From positions 1 through 64,000 of the forward strand of contig JBBPEB010000031.1 in NCBI GenBank assembly GCA_039096225.1: a stretch of DNA of 64,000 bases. Direction: 5' to 3'. The translations under genes and the position numbers were made by a program. The notes beneath the pieces are model-generated. The model was not told where the DNA came from. It made no database searches and saw only the letters and a list, made by a program, of their open reading frames with translations. Origin of the DNA: Blastocystis sp. Blastoise (lineage: Eukaryota > Protista > Bigyra: Opalinata). Below, one piece after another: positions 1 to 14,159 of this stretch (positions are counted from its first letter, which is position 1; every line of letters starts with the position of its first letter).

Positions 1-579
1 TTTTTCTATCTATTATCTATATATCATCTATTCCTTCTATTAATTATCGATATTTCAATATATCCATATACATCTATATACCATCTATATATTATCTATA
101 TATTACTTATTCATTTTATAGATAATATATTTCTTCATTATATTATCTATTCCGATATATTATGTATATATTACTATATATCATATATATACCATACATA
201 TGTTATCTATATACTATATATATTATCTATATACCGTCTATTCCTTCATTTATCTATTCATTCCATATATAATCTGTTCCATCTATATTAAATCCATATA
301 ATATCTATATATCATCTATTTCTTCCATAAGTAATCTATATATCATTTATATATTATCTATATTATCTATATATTTATAATCTTTTTCTTCTATTTATCA
401 TCTATATAATATATATCATCTATTTCATCTATATATACTATCTATTTCATCTATATATACTACTATTCCTTCTATATATTATCATCTATATAATATATAT
501 CATCTATTTCATCTATATATACTATCTATTTCATCTATATATACTACTATTCCTTCTATATATTATCATCTATATACCA

Positions 580-890
580 TCTATATTATCTATATTATCT
601 ATATTATCTAGAATATATACTATCTATATTATCTATATTATCTATATTATCTATATTATCTAGATTATCTATATTATCTATATTATCTATATTATCTATA
701 TTATCTAGATTATCTATATTATCTATATTATCTATATTATCTATATTATCTATATTATCTATATTATCTAGATTATCTATATTATCTATATTATCTATAT
801 TATCTATATTATCTATATTATCTATATTATCTATATTATCTATATTATCTATATAATCTATATTATCTATATAATCTATATTATCTATAT
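580..890. repeat. (TATTATCTA)n 9-bp tandem repeat in host low-complexity DNA; the same motif resumes at 20950-21200
   Basis: Directly visible. Confidence 0.95.
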
Positions 891-1650
891 ATACTATATA
901 TACTACATATTTCTTCTATATATACTATATATACTACATATACTACATATTCCTTCTATATATACTATATATACTACATATTCCTTCTATATATACTATA
1001 TATTATCTATATATTATCTATATATTCCTTCTATATATACAATATATACTATATATTCCTTCTATATATTATCTATATATTCCTTCTATATATACTATAT
1101 ATACTATATATTCCTTCTATATATACTATATATACTATATATTCCTTCTATATAATATCTATATATACTATAAATATACTATATATACTATATATTATCT
1201 ATAATTACTATCTATTCTTTCTATATATATTTTTATATCATCTATATAGTATTTATAGCATCGATATATTATATTATATTATCAATATAATCTTATATCA
1301 TTTATATAACTATATATTCATTATATATATTATCTATATATCATCTATATCATACATATATTGTCTATATCATCTTATATTATTTATATATACTATATAT
1401 TCCTTCTATATATTATCTTTTTACATATATCATACTAGGGTCACGCCGCAGGTCCGGGGCCTAACGGCACCGGACCGCGGCTGCAATGAATAATAACTGT
1501 TTGGTTTTTATTTACTTTCTTTCCTTTTTATCTATTATATATTATATATTATATATTATATAATATATATTATTTATTAAATATTATCTATAATATGTTA
1601 CTTATTATATATTATATATTATATATTATATATATTATTTTAATAACACT

Positions 1651-1718
1651 TCTTATACTCTATATGGAGAGTAGCAATCATTTATTGATTGTAATCAGGT
1701 TCAATTCCTGATATAAGA
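1651..1718 (+). ncRNA. tRNA-like cloverleaf, 3'-end type
   Basis: TCTTATA/TATAAGA; CTCT-ATATGG-AGAG; GCAATCA-TTTAT-TGATTGT; TCAGG-TTCAATT-CCTGA. Confidence 0.7.
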
Positions 1719-3099
1719 ACTAAATAGATTATTTGAATAGTATCTGAAAAACTAAAAACAATACTTGAAGAAAATAAGAAATCCTTTTTGAATCATTATA
1801 TTTGTTATTTATTATTTTAAAAATATATTTTGTATTTATAAATAGTTGAGTTACTGCTTTAATTATTATGGAGTTTCTAAAGCTAATAAATTTAGAAATG
1901 GGTCATAATGTTAAGTATTGAAAAATATTTTTATGTTGTAAAATCATTTTAAATAGATTATAATAAAATAGCATAAACTTATTTTAATCATTTCATAAAA
2001 CTAAAACAAATCTAACACAACAAAGTCAACATTCATTTTGACTTTAACAACTTAAACACAAAGTTTTTGAATTAATATTAATAAATTCAATCTAAATAGC
2101 ATTTCTAAACACAAAAGTGTCAACAATATTACTTTTAGAGAGACTTTACCATTTCGATATCAAGTGTATCAAAATAGTTTTAGACATAACTTTCACATAG
2201 TATAGATCTCATTATTTTATTTATTAATTCAAGTTTAATGTCTTGAATCTCTGACTTCAAGATCATTTTTAACACATTTTGAAAGGTTGACACACTTATA
2301 ATTAATTTTAAAAGCTAATATTATAACATTATACTCATCATAACTCTATCAACATAAGAGTCACCATTTTGACACTCTTTATAAACATTTTACATTTGGT
2401 CATACACTTTGTCAAGTGTATTTTTGTCCTTTCTTTTGATATAATTTAGAATATAATTCATAGTTTGATAAATAAAATATTTTATATTGAATCTCATCCT
2501 TTGGATAATTCATTTCTACATTTAAAAATATTAATCCCTTTAAACTTGTTTTTAAAAGTCAAAATTTTCATAGTCTAATGAAAACACAATTTTAAAAGAA
2601 TATACTAACTCTTTAAAATTTCTAGACAACTCAAACACATTGTTAATTCACTTTTCAAAAATGAAATTCTCTTATTTTTTAATATGTTGTAGAATTTAGC
2701 TTATTATATATTAAACTTCTATTAGAATTTCGAATCTCCTATTTTAAGATAATATTTTTTATTTTACAACCTTAAAGTTACTTTTATGAGTTAATACGTT
2801 CACAAAATTATGTAAATATAAATGCGAGTAAACAGAGAAACTCAAAACTTAAATATCTCAATTATTGACAGTTTTAAATCAGTAATACTATACAGTGTTA
2901 AAAGTGACAATAAATGTTTTAAAATTTAATTCAAATATTTAAAAACTTGACACTATTTAACATACTAAGTATTTCAAGAATTATCTTAATAGTCGACACA
3001 ATTTAAATAAAAAAAAAAGAAAAAGAACAAAACAAAAATAGCAAAAGAAAACATTTAAATATAGAATAGCTAAAACGATAACAACAGCATAAATAAATA

Positions 3100-4489
3100 A
3101 ATAATATAAAGAAAGCAGATAATAGAAAGCTATTAAATGTGAAAAATAATAATAATAATAAGCAAAAGAAAAAGAAAAAGAACTAAAAAAAAAAAAAAAT
3201 CTAAACATAACCATAACACTAAGAGAACCTATATAGATAAAAGATATATATATATAATAAGAGATAGTATAATAAATATATCTAACATATATATATTAAA
3301 AGAAATATTATAAATATTTGTTATATATATATATATATACCTTTAGATACATTTTTATTATTAAAATGAAAGCTAACATTAGGGTGATAAGATCCCCTAT
3401 TAGAAAAGACACCTATATATAATATAATAAATGATAAAATATATATAAACAATAAATATATATATATACCTTCTAAAGAAGGAACAGAGGAATCACCATG
3501 ATATCTTAACTGACTTGAAGAACCTATATATAATGAAAAGATAATTAATAAATCAAAAAAAAAGAAAGGAAGAAATAAGAATATACCTGTATCATTATTA
3601 CTATTAATCCAAGACTCCATAAGAAAAGAACGACCTATATAAGATAAAAATAATAATAAACTAAATTAAATTTAAAAAGTAGACAACCTTCATCATTAAT
3701 ACGTTCAGCAACTACAACCACAACAGTAGAATAACCTATAAAGAAACAGTAATAGACAAATAATAAATAAAAAAAAAATAATAATAAATGAATGACAATA
3801 TATATATACCTTTAATATCATATGAGCAGTCTACCTGATCACCAACAACATCAACAGCAACATTTACATCAATAAAACAAACCTATATATATAAAAGTAA
3901 AAAAAAAAATAAATGAATGACAACATACCTTCAACACCACACAGACATCTATTATCAACATCACTGTTAACATGTACAACAACTGAAGAACCTATATATA
4001 TATAGAAATAATAAAAAAATAATAATAAAATATAAAAAAAAAATAAATGATTGGTAACATACCATCTATAAAGCAAGAAGAACCTACATCAACACCGATA
4101 TCACTATTGGAATCACTTACAATAACAGAAGAACCTATAAATAAAGAAAAGTTAAAAAAATAAAAACAAATCATTGACAACATACCTTCACAGTTAGCAT
4201 AACAGGCAACACCACCACCACTGCATAATTCAAATAGCATAGAAGAACCTAAAATAATATAATAAATAATTAAAAAAAAAAGAAATGGAAAAATATATAC
4301 CTTAAAGACCATCATAGCAAGTACCACCAAGACCAAGAGCATACACAACTGGATTTTATTGAGTAGAAGAACCTAAATATGAATACTAATAACAAATAGA
4401 TACAATATACCTGATTTTCTTTGAAATATAAATTATTTTTTATTTCCAGACCTCCACCTTGAAGCAATTTTGTTGTTCTTAGACATCAT
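3100..4489 (-). pseudogene. Decayed microexon-array paralog in B1 (3' limit approximate)
   Basis: Reverse complement of 7935-9330; B2 inserted about 10 bp upstream of the ATG. Confidence 0.75.
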
Positions 4490-6376
4490 AATTAATAATC
4501 ATTACTATATATATGAGAATAGGCAAAAAAATTCCCATTGGTCAGTTTTTGGAAAAACCATTTGATTGGCTAATGTATACTATAGTTTGTCGCCGCAACT
4601 CCTCTAAACTTACGGGGAGTTAACTTTTCGTTGAAACACAGTTCAATAGGATATAACATGTAGTTGTGCACCGTATATTTGGTTAAGCGATATTATTTAT
4701 AATTAAAAAGTTATTAATAAAAGAACAGAAAACATGATTTTTGAGTCGTTTTTGATTGGCTCTTTGGGATCATCCCGATAAAAATTGTTGACCAGACAAT
4801 TGAAAAATAAACATGGGGTAAACTTGATTTTTTATCAATCCCACAATATACGTTATCCGTGTTTATTCTTTATATTTATCTATTTTTTAATACTTTTTCA
4901 TATTGAACACGTGAGGCCTTAACGGTCAAATTTAGATTCTTATTTTGACATGATATTCTGATTCAGGAGGTCAAAAAACCTAGGTGTAGCGATTTTGAGC
5001 TCCTGAGGACGATTTTTGAGTGATCGATATTTTCTTCGATCTTCTTATAATTGACTAATATTGTATCATAGTAATCAATAGGTCCTCAAACTACTATAGT
5101 TAAAACAAAGTCTTAAAATAATGAGTTTGAGTGTCACAATTTTGAAAAATGTGAATTAAGTGGTCTTAGAGTGAGAGATTCAATATAATGACTTTTATTT
5201 AGTAAACTAGACTTATAACTCTATACTATGTTAAAAGGAGAGTCAAAATTATGATGGTCAAAGTGTATGACCAAATGACAAAATGTGTCTTAAAAAGTAA
5301 AAGGGTTTCTATATATGTTTAGAATCATGTATTAAGTCTATTTTATGAATAAGAGCTTTAAATAAATAGTTTAAGGTTGTCAAATTTAAATAAATGTGTA
5401 AAACATAGTCTTAAACTTTGAATAAAAAATTTAGAGATATTAATTAGTGTGCAGCTATAGTAGCTCTACAACATATCAAAAGTACAAAGAAAATAATTTT
5501 TAAAGAGTTGATGTGTGAAGGGTTGTGACTATTATTTAAAATTTATTTTTACTTCAGTTTATACAAAATCGTGAATTTCGTGCACTGTAAAAAAACTGAG
5601 CCAAAAAGTCAACTCTAAGGGTCTTAATTTTTAGAAAATGTAAAAATGAGTGACTTAGAGGACGAGATTCAAAATAAGAGCTTTTAGTCATTAAACTAGA
5701 GTGTATGACCTATATTATATTAAAAGAAGGGACAAAAATATTTTGATCAAAGTGTATTAGCAAATGGTAAAGTGTCTTTAAAAGTGTTATGATGATGACA
5801 GTTGTGTTTAAGTAGTTAAATCAAGTTTACTCTTAAAATATCAGCTTTAAATAGCAAGTTAAAGGTTGTTAATTTGTCAAAATGTTTTAAACACTGTCTT
5901 AAACAAAGAGATTCAAGAAGTTGACTTTCATTTTATACATAATATGTGTATATAAACACTTTACTAAAAGAACTTTGGAAAATATTGTGGATGAGTGTTT
6001 TGTCAAATGGTAAAGTTGTGTCAAGAGTTAATTATTTTAATTCATTTTTGTTTAAATCAATGTTTTATGTCCACTCTATAAAAACTATCTTTTAATACTG
6101 AGTTTAACGTTTTAAAGTCGACATGTGTGTTTGGTTTGTTTACTTTTAATTATTAAAATTGAGTTTAAATTGATAAATTATGTCAGACACGTCTATATTG
6201 ATTGATTCAAACAGTTTAGAGATAATTTATTTGTTTGAGTATAAATAGATTTGTTCTCATTGTGACTGTTGTTGAGAAGAGGAAGTCTAAAAAAACTATA
6301 AAAAGTTAGATATATATATATAAGGTCAAAATTGAAAAGTATAAATTAAACTGGATTAAAATAAATTAAAAAAAGA

Positions 6377-6453
<77 letters not shown>

Positions 6454-6486
6454 GTGAATAAAATATTAAAAAATAAAAAAATAACA

Positions 6487-6552
6487 CTTTATGTCAGGAA
6501 TTGAACCTGAAAACAATCTATATGATTGTTTCTCTCCTTCTAGAGCATAAAA
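6487..6552 (-). ncRNA. tRNA-like cloverleaf, internal type
   Basis: Reverse complement of 12366-12431. Confidence 0.7.
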
Positions 6553-7123
6553 GGAGTTTATAAATAATAATAATAATCAAATATATATATATATATATAT
6601 ATAATAAGAAGGAAATGAAGTGGAAGGATGAGGAAGAAGGAAGTAGGAAGGATTAGGAAGAAGAAGTAAGAATAAGGAAGGATGAGGAAGAAGGATGAGA
6701 AAGAAGGAAGTAAGAAGAAGTAAGAATAAGGAAGGATGAGGAAGAAGGAAGAATCCAGAATGAAGAAGAAGTAAGTAAGAAGAATCAAAGATGAGGAAGA
6801 AGGAAGAAGGAAGTAGGAAGTAGGAAGCATGAATGAAGAATGAAATAGGAAGAAGGAAGCATGAATGGAGAAGGAAATAGGAAGAAGGAAGAAGGAATGA
6901 AGAAGGAAATAGGAAGTAGAAAGAATGAGAAAGAAGTAAGAAGGAAGAAGAAAGAAGAAAAAAAGAATAAGAAGATTTTAAACCTATATAAAATAGAAAA
7001 CATATAAAAAAGATAATATAAATAATTAATAAATACATAAATAAATATTAAAAATAAATAAATAAACATATAAAATAAATAAATAATAATAAATAAATAA
7101 ACATATAAATATAATAAATATAA

Positions 7124-7162
<39 letters not shown>

Positions 7163-7934
7163 AATAAATAAATAAATAAATAAATAAAATAAATTTAATA
7201 AATAAAATATAAATAAATAAAGAAACAATAAATAACAAAAATAATAAATAAAATATAAATATATACATATAAATCAACCTGAAACCACAGATTTAAAAGA
7301 AAGACATGAAAAAACGAAGAGTATAACACACACATCAGTTACATTTTCTTCCCTATAGAATAAAAATAACTAATAATCTATTGATTAATTATATATAAAG
7401 AAAATATAAACCAAAAAGATAATAAAAAAAGAAACAATTAAAGAAACAAATGAATTAAAAATGAAATATTATAAAAAATATATATATTTATATACCTGAC
7501 ACTAAATAAACCATTTCATTTAACCAGGACCACTTCAAGAACCACTAACCATGACAACCAAGGCAAATACAAGAGAATCCTATAAAGAAGTGTATTATTT
7601 TAAATAAATAAATTAGTATATAAATAGATAAATATAATACTAAGTTAAATAACTTTAAATAAATAAATAAAACACACTAAGTCAATCAATACAATAAAAT
7701 ATTTAAAAAAGAGTAAAGAACTATGTTTTTTGGGTACCCAAAATGATTTTAAACCAGAATGACCCAATTATTACTTTTGTAATAAAATCAATGAAAAATT
7801 AAGGCTATTTTTGATTTCTATTATGTTTTAAGAAGCATATTTTAAAAATAGACCCTATTATATTTATTAATTCAAATGAAATAGGATTGTTAAATACATA
7901 ATCTAATACTCATTTATATATTAAATTATTAATT

Positions 7935-9330
7935 ATGATGTCTAAGAACAACAAAATTGCTTCAAGGTGGAGGTCTGGAAATAAAAAATAATTTATATTT
8001 CAAAGAAAATCAGGTATATTGTATCTATTTGTTATTAGTATTCATATTTAGGTTCTTCTACTCAATAAAATCCAGTTGTGTATGCTCTTGGTCTTGGTGG
8101 TACTTGCTATGATGGTCTTTAAGGTATATATTTTTCCATTTCTTTTTTTTTTAATTATTTATTATATTATTTTAGGTTCTTCTATGCTATTTGAATTATG
8201 CAGTGGTGGTGGTGTTGCCTGTTATGCTAACTGTGAAGGTATGTTGTTAATGATTTGTTTTTATTTTTTTAACTTTTCTTTATTTATAGGTTTTTCTGTT
8301 ATTGTAAGTGATTTCAATAGTGATATCGGTGTTGATGTAGGTTCTTCTTGCTTTATAGATGGTATGTTACCAATCATTTATTTTTTTTTTATATTTTATT
8401 ATTATTTTTTTATTATTTCTATATATATATAGGTTCTTCAGTTGTTGTACATGTTAACAGTGATGTTGATAATAGATGTCTGTGTGGTGTTGAAGGTATG
8501 TTGTCATTCATTTATTTTTTTTTTTTACTTTTATATATATAGGTTTGTTTTATTGATGTAAATGTTGCTGTTGATGTTGTTGGTGATCAGGTAGACTGCT
8601 CATATGATATTAAAGGTATATATATATTGTCATTCATTTATTATTATTTTTTTTTTATTTATTATTTGTCTATTACTGTTTCTTTATAGGTTATTCTACT
8701 GTTGTGGTTGTAGTTGCTGAACGTATTAATGATGAAGGTTGTCTACTTTTTAAATTTAATTTAGTTTATTATTATTTTTATCTTATATAGGTCGTTCTTT
8801 TCTTATGGAGTCTTGGATTAATAGTAATAATGATACAGGTATATTCTTATTTCTTCCTTTCTTTTTTTTTTTGATTTATTAATTATCTTTTCATTATATA
8901 TAGGTTCTTCAAGTCAGTTAAGATATCATGGTGATTCCTCTGTTCCTTCTTTAGAAGGTATATATATATATTTATTGTTTATATATATTTTATCATTTAT
9001 TATATTATATATAGGTGTCTTTTCTAATAGGGGATCTTATCACCCTAATGTTAGCTTTCATTTTAATAATAAAAATGTATCTAAAGGTATATATATATAT
9101 ATATAACAAATATTTATAATATTTCTTTTAATATATATATGTTAGATATATTTATTATACTATCTCTTATTATATATATATATCTTTTATCTATATAGGT
9201 TCTCTTAGTGTTATGGTTATGTTTAGATTTTTTTTTTTTTTTAGTTCTTTTTCTTTTTCTTTTGCTTATTATTATTATTATTTTTCACATTTAATAGCTT
9301 TCTATTATCTGCTTTCTTTATATTATTTAT
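7935..9330 (+). pseudogene. Decayed paralog of the microexon-array gene (type B; 3' limit approximate)
   Basis: Same exon architecture, but in-frame TAA in exons 1 and 2, a 73-bp frameshifted exon and a lost last acceptor. Confidence 0.75.
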
Positions 9331-10708
9331 TTATTTATGCTGTTGTTATCGTTTTAGCTATTCTATATTTAAATGTTTTCTTTTGCTATTTTTGTTTTGT
9401 TCTTTTTCTTTTTTTTTTATTTAAATTGTGTCGACTATTAAGATAATTCTTGAAATACTTAGTATGTTAAATAGTGTCAAGTTTTTAAATATTTGAATTA
9501 AATTTTAAAACATTTATTGTCACTTTTAACACTGTATAGTATTACTGATTTAAAACTGTCAATAATTGAGATATTTAAGTTTTGAGTTTCTCTGTTTACT
9601 CGCATTTATATTTACATAATTTTGTGAACGTATTAACTCATAAAAGTAACTTTAAGGTTGTAAAATAAAAAATATTATCTTAAAATAGGAGATTCGAAAT
9701 TCTAATAGAAGTTTAATATATAATAAGCTAAATTCTACAACATATTAAAAAATAAGAGAATTTCATTTTTGAAAAGTGAATTAACAATGTGTTTGAGTTG
9801 TCTAGAAATTTTAAAGAGTTAGTATATTCTTTTAAAATTGTGTTTTCATTAGACTATGAAAATTTTGACTTTTAAAAACAAGTTTAAAGGGATTAATATT
9901 TTTAAATGTAGAAATGAATTATCCAAAGGATGAGATTCAATATAAAATATTTTATTTATCAAACTATGAATTATATTCTAAATTATATCAAAAGAAAGGA
10001 CAAAAATACACTTGACAAAGTGTATGACCAAATGTAAAATGTTTATAAAGAGTGTCAAAATGGTGACTCTTATGTTGATAGAGTTATGATGAGTATAATG
10101 TTATAATATTAGCTTTTAAAATTAATTATAAGTGTGTCAACCTTTCAAAATGTGTTAAAAATGATCTTGAAGTCAGAGATTCAAGACATTAAACTTGAAT
10201 TAATAAATAAAATAATGAGATCTATACTATGTGAAAGTTATGTCTAAAACTATTTTGATACACTTGATATCGAAATGGTAAAGTCTCTCTAAAAGTAATA
10301 TTGTTGACACTTTTGTGTTTAGAAATGCTATTTAGATTGAATTTATTAATATTAATTCAAAAACTTTGTGTTTAAGTTGTTAAAGTCAAAATGAATGTTG
10401 ACTTTGTTGTGTTAGATTTGTTTTAGTTTTATGAAATGATTAAAATAAGTTTATGCTATTTTATTATAATCTATTTAAAATGATTTTACAACATAAAAAT
10501 ATTTTTCAATACTTAACATTATGACCCATTTCTAAATTTATTAGCTTTAGAAACTCCATAATAATTAAAGCAGTAACTCAACTATTTATAAATACAAAAT
10601 ATATTTTTAAAATAATAAATAACAAATATAATGATTCAAAAAGGATTTCTTATTTTCTTCAAGTATTGTTTTTAGTTTTTCAGATACTATTCAAATAATC
10701 TATTTAGT

Positions 10709-10776
10709 TCTTATATCAGGAATTGAACCTGATTACAATCAATAAATGATTGCTACTCTCCATATAGAGTATAAGA
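10709..10776 (-). ncRNA. tRNA-like cloverleaf, 3'-end type
   Basis: Reverse complement of 1651-1718. Confidence 0.7.
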
Positions 10777-10942
10777 AGTGTTATTAAAATAATATATATA
10801 ATATATAATATATAATATATAATAAGTAACATATTATAGATAATATTTAATAAATAATATATATTATATAATATATAATATATAATATATAATAGATAAA
10901 AAGGAAAGAAAGTAAATAAAAACCAAACAGTTATTATTCATT

Positions 10943-10992
10943 GCAGCCGCGGTCCGGTGCCGTTAGGCCCCGGACCTGCGGCGTGACCCTAG
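10943..10992 (+). terminator. Helitron 3' hairpin + CTAG, non-autonomous variant (at every B, C and D 3' end)
   Basis: GCCGC-GGTCCGG-TGCC-GTTA-GGCC-CCGGACC-T-GCGGC-GTGACCCTAG. Confidence 0.9.
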
Positions 10993-11755
10993 TTTAATAT
11001 ATAAATGAGTATTAGATTATGTATTTAACAATCCTATTTCATTTGAATTAATAAATATAATAGGGTCTATTTTTAAAATATGCTTCTTAAAACATAATAG
11101 AAATCAAAAATAGCCTTAATTTTTCATTGATTTTATTACAAAAGTAATAATTGGGTCATTCTGGTTTAAAATCATTTTGGGTACCCAAAAAACATAGTTC
11201 TTTACTCTTTTTTAAATATTTTATTGTATTGATTGACTTAGTGTGTTTTATTTATTTATTTAAAGTTATTTAACTTAGTATTATATTTATCTATTTATAT
11301 ACTAATTTATTTATTTAAAATAATACACTTCTTTATAGGATTCTCTTGTATTTGCCTTGGTTGTCATGGTTAGTGGTTCTTGAAGTGGTCCTGGTTAAAT
11401 GAAATGGTTTATTTAGTGTCAGGTATATAAATATATATATTTTTTATAATATTTCATTTTTAATTCATTTGTTTCTTTAATTGTTTCTTTTTTTATTATC
11501 TTTTTGGTTTATATTTTCTTTATATATAATTAATCAATAGATTATTAGTTATTTTTATTCTATAGGGAAGAAAATGTAACTGATGTGTGTGTTATACTCT
11601 TCGTTTTTTCATGTCTTTCTTTTAAATCTGTGGTTTCAGGTTGATTTATATGTATATATTTATATTTTATTTATTATTTTTGTTATTTATTGTTTCTTTA
11701 TTTATTTATATTTTATTTATTAAATTTATTTTATTTATTTATTTATTTATTTATT

Positions 11756-11794
<39 letters not shown>

Positions 11795-12365
11795 TTATAT
11801 TTATTATATTTATATGTTTATTTATTTATTATTATTTATTTATTTTATATGTTTATTTATTTATTTTTAATATTTATTTATGTATTTATTAATTATTTAT
11901 ATTATCTTTTTTATATGTTTTCTATTTTATATAGGTTTAAAATCTTCTTATTCTTTTTTTCTTCTTTCTTCTTCCTTCTTACTTCTTTCTCATTCTTTCT
12001 ACTTCCTATTTCCTTCTTCATTCCTTCTTCCTTCTTCCTATTTCCTTCTCCATTCATGCTTCCTTCTTCCTATTTCATTCTTCATTCATGCTTCCTACTT
12101 CCTACTTCCTTCTTCCTTCTTCCTCATCTTTGATTCTTCTTACTTACTTCTTCTTCATTCTGGATTCTTCCTTCTTCCTCATCCTTCCTTATTCTTACTT
12201 CTTCTTACTTCCTTCTTTCTCATCCTTCTTCCTCATCCTTCCTTATTCTTACTTCTTCTTCCTAATCCTTCCTACTTCCTTCTTCCTCATCCTTCCACTT
12301 CATTTCCTTCTTATTATATATATATATATATATATATTTGATTATTATTATTATTTATAAACTCC

Positions 12366-12431
12366 TTTTATGCTCTAGAAGGAGAGAAACAATCATATAG
12401 ATTGTTTTCAGGTTCAATTCCTGACATAAAG
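12366..12431 (+). ncRNA. tRNA-like cloverleaf, internal type
   Basis: TTTTATG/CATAAAG; CTCT-AGAAGG-AGAG; AAACAATC-ATATA-GATTGTTT; TCAGG-TTCAATT-CCTGA; T7 run just downstream. Confidence 0.72.
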
Positions 12432-12708
12432 TGTTATTTTTTTATTTTTTAATATTTTATTCACATATTATATATATATATATATATATATACTAGGGTC
12501 ACGCCGCAGGTCCGGGGCCTAACGGCACCGGACCGCGGCTGCAATGAATAATAACTGTTTGGTTTTTATTTACTTTCTTTCCTTTTTATCTATTATATAT
12601 TATATATTATATATTATATAATATATATTATTTATTAAATATTATCTATAATATGTTACTTATTATATATTATATATTATATATTATATATATTATTTTA
12701 ATAACACT

Positions 12709-12776
12709 TCTTATACTCTATATGGAGAGTAGCAATCATTTATTGATTGTAATCAGGTTCAATTCCTGATATAAGA
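12709..12776 (+). ncRNA. tRNA-like cloverleaf, 3'-end type
   Basis: Same as 1651-1718. Confidence 0.7.
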
Positions 12777-14159
12777 ACTAAATAGATTATTTGAATAGTA
12801 TCTGAAAAACTAAAAACAATACTTGAAGAAAATAAGAAATCCTTTTTGAATCATTATATTTGTTATTTATTATTTTAAAAATATATTTTGTATTTATAAA
12901 TAGTTGAGTTACTGCTTTAATTATTATGGAGTTTCTAAAGCTAATAAATTTAGAAATGGGTCATAATGTTAAGTATTGAAAAATATTTTTATGTTGTAAA
13001 ATCATTTTAAATAGATTATAATAAAATAGCATAAACTTATTTTAATCATTTCATAAAACTAAAACAAATCTAACACAACAAAGTCAACATTCATTTTGAC
13101 TTTAACAACTTAAACACAAAGTTTTTGAATTAATATTAATAAATTCAATCTAAATAGCATTTCTAAACACAAAAGTGTCAACAATATTACTTTTAGAGAG
13201 ACTTTACCATTTCGATATCAAGTGTATCAAAATAGTTTTAGACATAACTTTCACATAGTATAGATCTCATTATTTTATTTATTAATTCAAGTTTAATGTC
13301 TTGAATCTCTGACTTCAAGATCATTTTTAACACATTTTGAAAGGTTGACACACTTATAATTAATTTTAAAAGCTAATATTATAACATTATACTCATCATA
13401 ACTCTATCAACATAAGAGTCACCATTTTGACACTCTTTATAAACATTTTACATTTGGTCATACACTTTGTCAAGTGTATTTTTGTCCTTTCTTTTGATAT
13501 AATTTAGAATATAATTCATAGTTTGATAAATAAAATATTTTATATTGAATCTCATCCTTTGGATAATTCATTTCTACATTTAAAAATATTAATCCCTTTA
13601 AACTTGTTTTTAAAAGTCAAAATTTTCATAGTCTAATGAAAACACAATTTTAAAAGAATATACTAACTCTTTAAAATTTCTAGACAACTCAAACACATTG
13701 TTAATTCACTTTTCAAAAATGAAATTCTCTTATTTTTTAATATGTTGTAGAATTTAGCTTATTATATATTAAACTTCTATTAGAATTTCGAATCTCCTAT
13801 TTTAAGATAATATTTTTTATTTTACAACCTTAAAGTTACTTTTATGAGTTAATACGTTCACAAAATTATGTAAATATAAATGCGAGTAAACAGAGAAACT
13901 CAAAACTTAAATATCTCAATTATTGACAGTTTTAAATCAGTAATACTATACAGTGTTAAAAGTGACAATAAATGTTTTAAAATTTAATTCAAATATTTAA
14001 AAACTTGACACTATTTAACATACTAAGTATTTCAAGAATTATCTTAATAGTCGACACAATTTAAATAAAAAAAAAAGAAAAAGAACAAAACAAAAATAGC
14101 AAAAGAAAACATTTAAATATAGAATAGCTAAAACGATAACAACAGCATAAATAAATAAA

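Larger units (their letters stand above)
4499..10992 (+). mobile_element. Non-autonomous Helitron type B (copy B2, 6494 bp) nested in B1 in opposite orientation
   Basis: Starts TCATTAC at 4499, ends hairpin-CCCTAG at 10992; empty site catcataattaataa|tttaatatat is seen intact from 15541. Confidence 0.96.

Noticed and set aside
1651-1718. Ochre suppressor tRNA (TTA in the middle loop) that might read the TAA codons in the cargo copies
   Set aside because: The loop varies in length and sequence between subtypes, the arm is 8-9 bp with no linkers, and the cargo copies also have frameshifts
6558-7277. Long F/L/I/Y/S-rich ORFs (also 11641-12360, 16205-16926, 33306-33974, 36959-37829, 44468-45219, 63539-64000)
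   Set aside because: Translations of (TATT)n, CTT-rich and (ATATAAT)n repeats, open in several frames and shifted between copies
7935-8123. Alternative genetic code, since TAA/TAG replace Gln/Glu/Lys codons in B and C
   Set aside because: The 1537-codon RepHel exon and the intact microexon gene have no internal TAA/TAG despite extreme AT bias; pseudogenisation is simpler
1435-10992. TIR or foldback transposon suggested by the long inverted repeats
   Set aside because: Explained by an inverted nested Helitron copy with A|T junctions and no TSD
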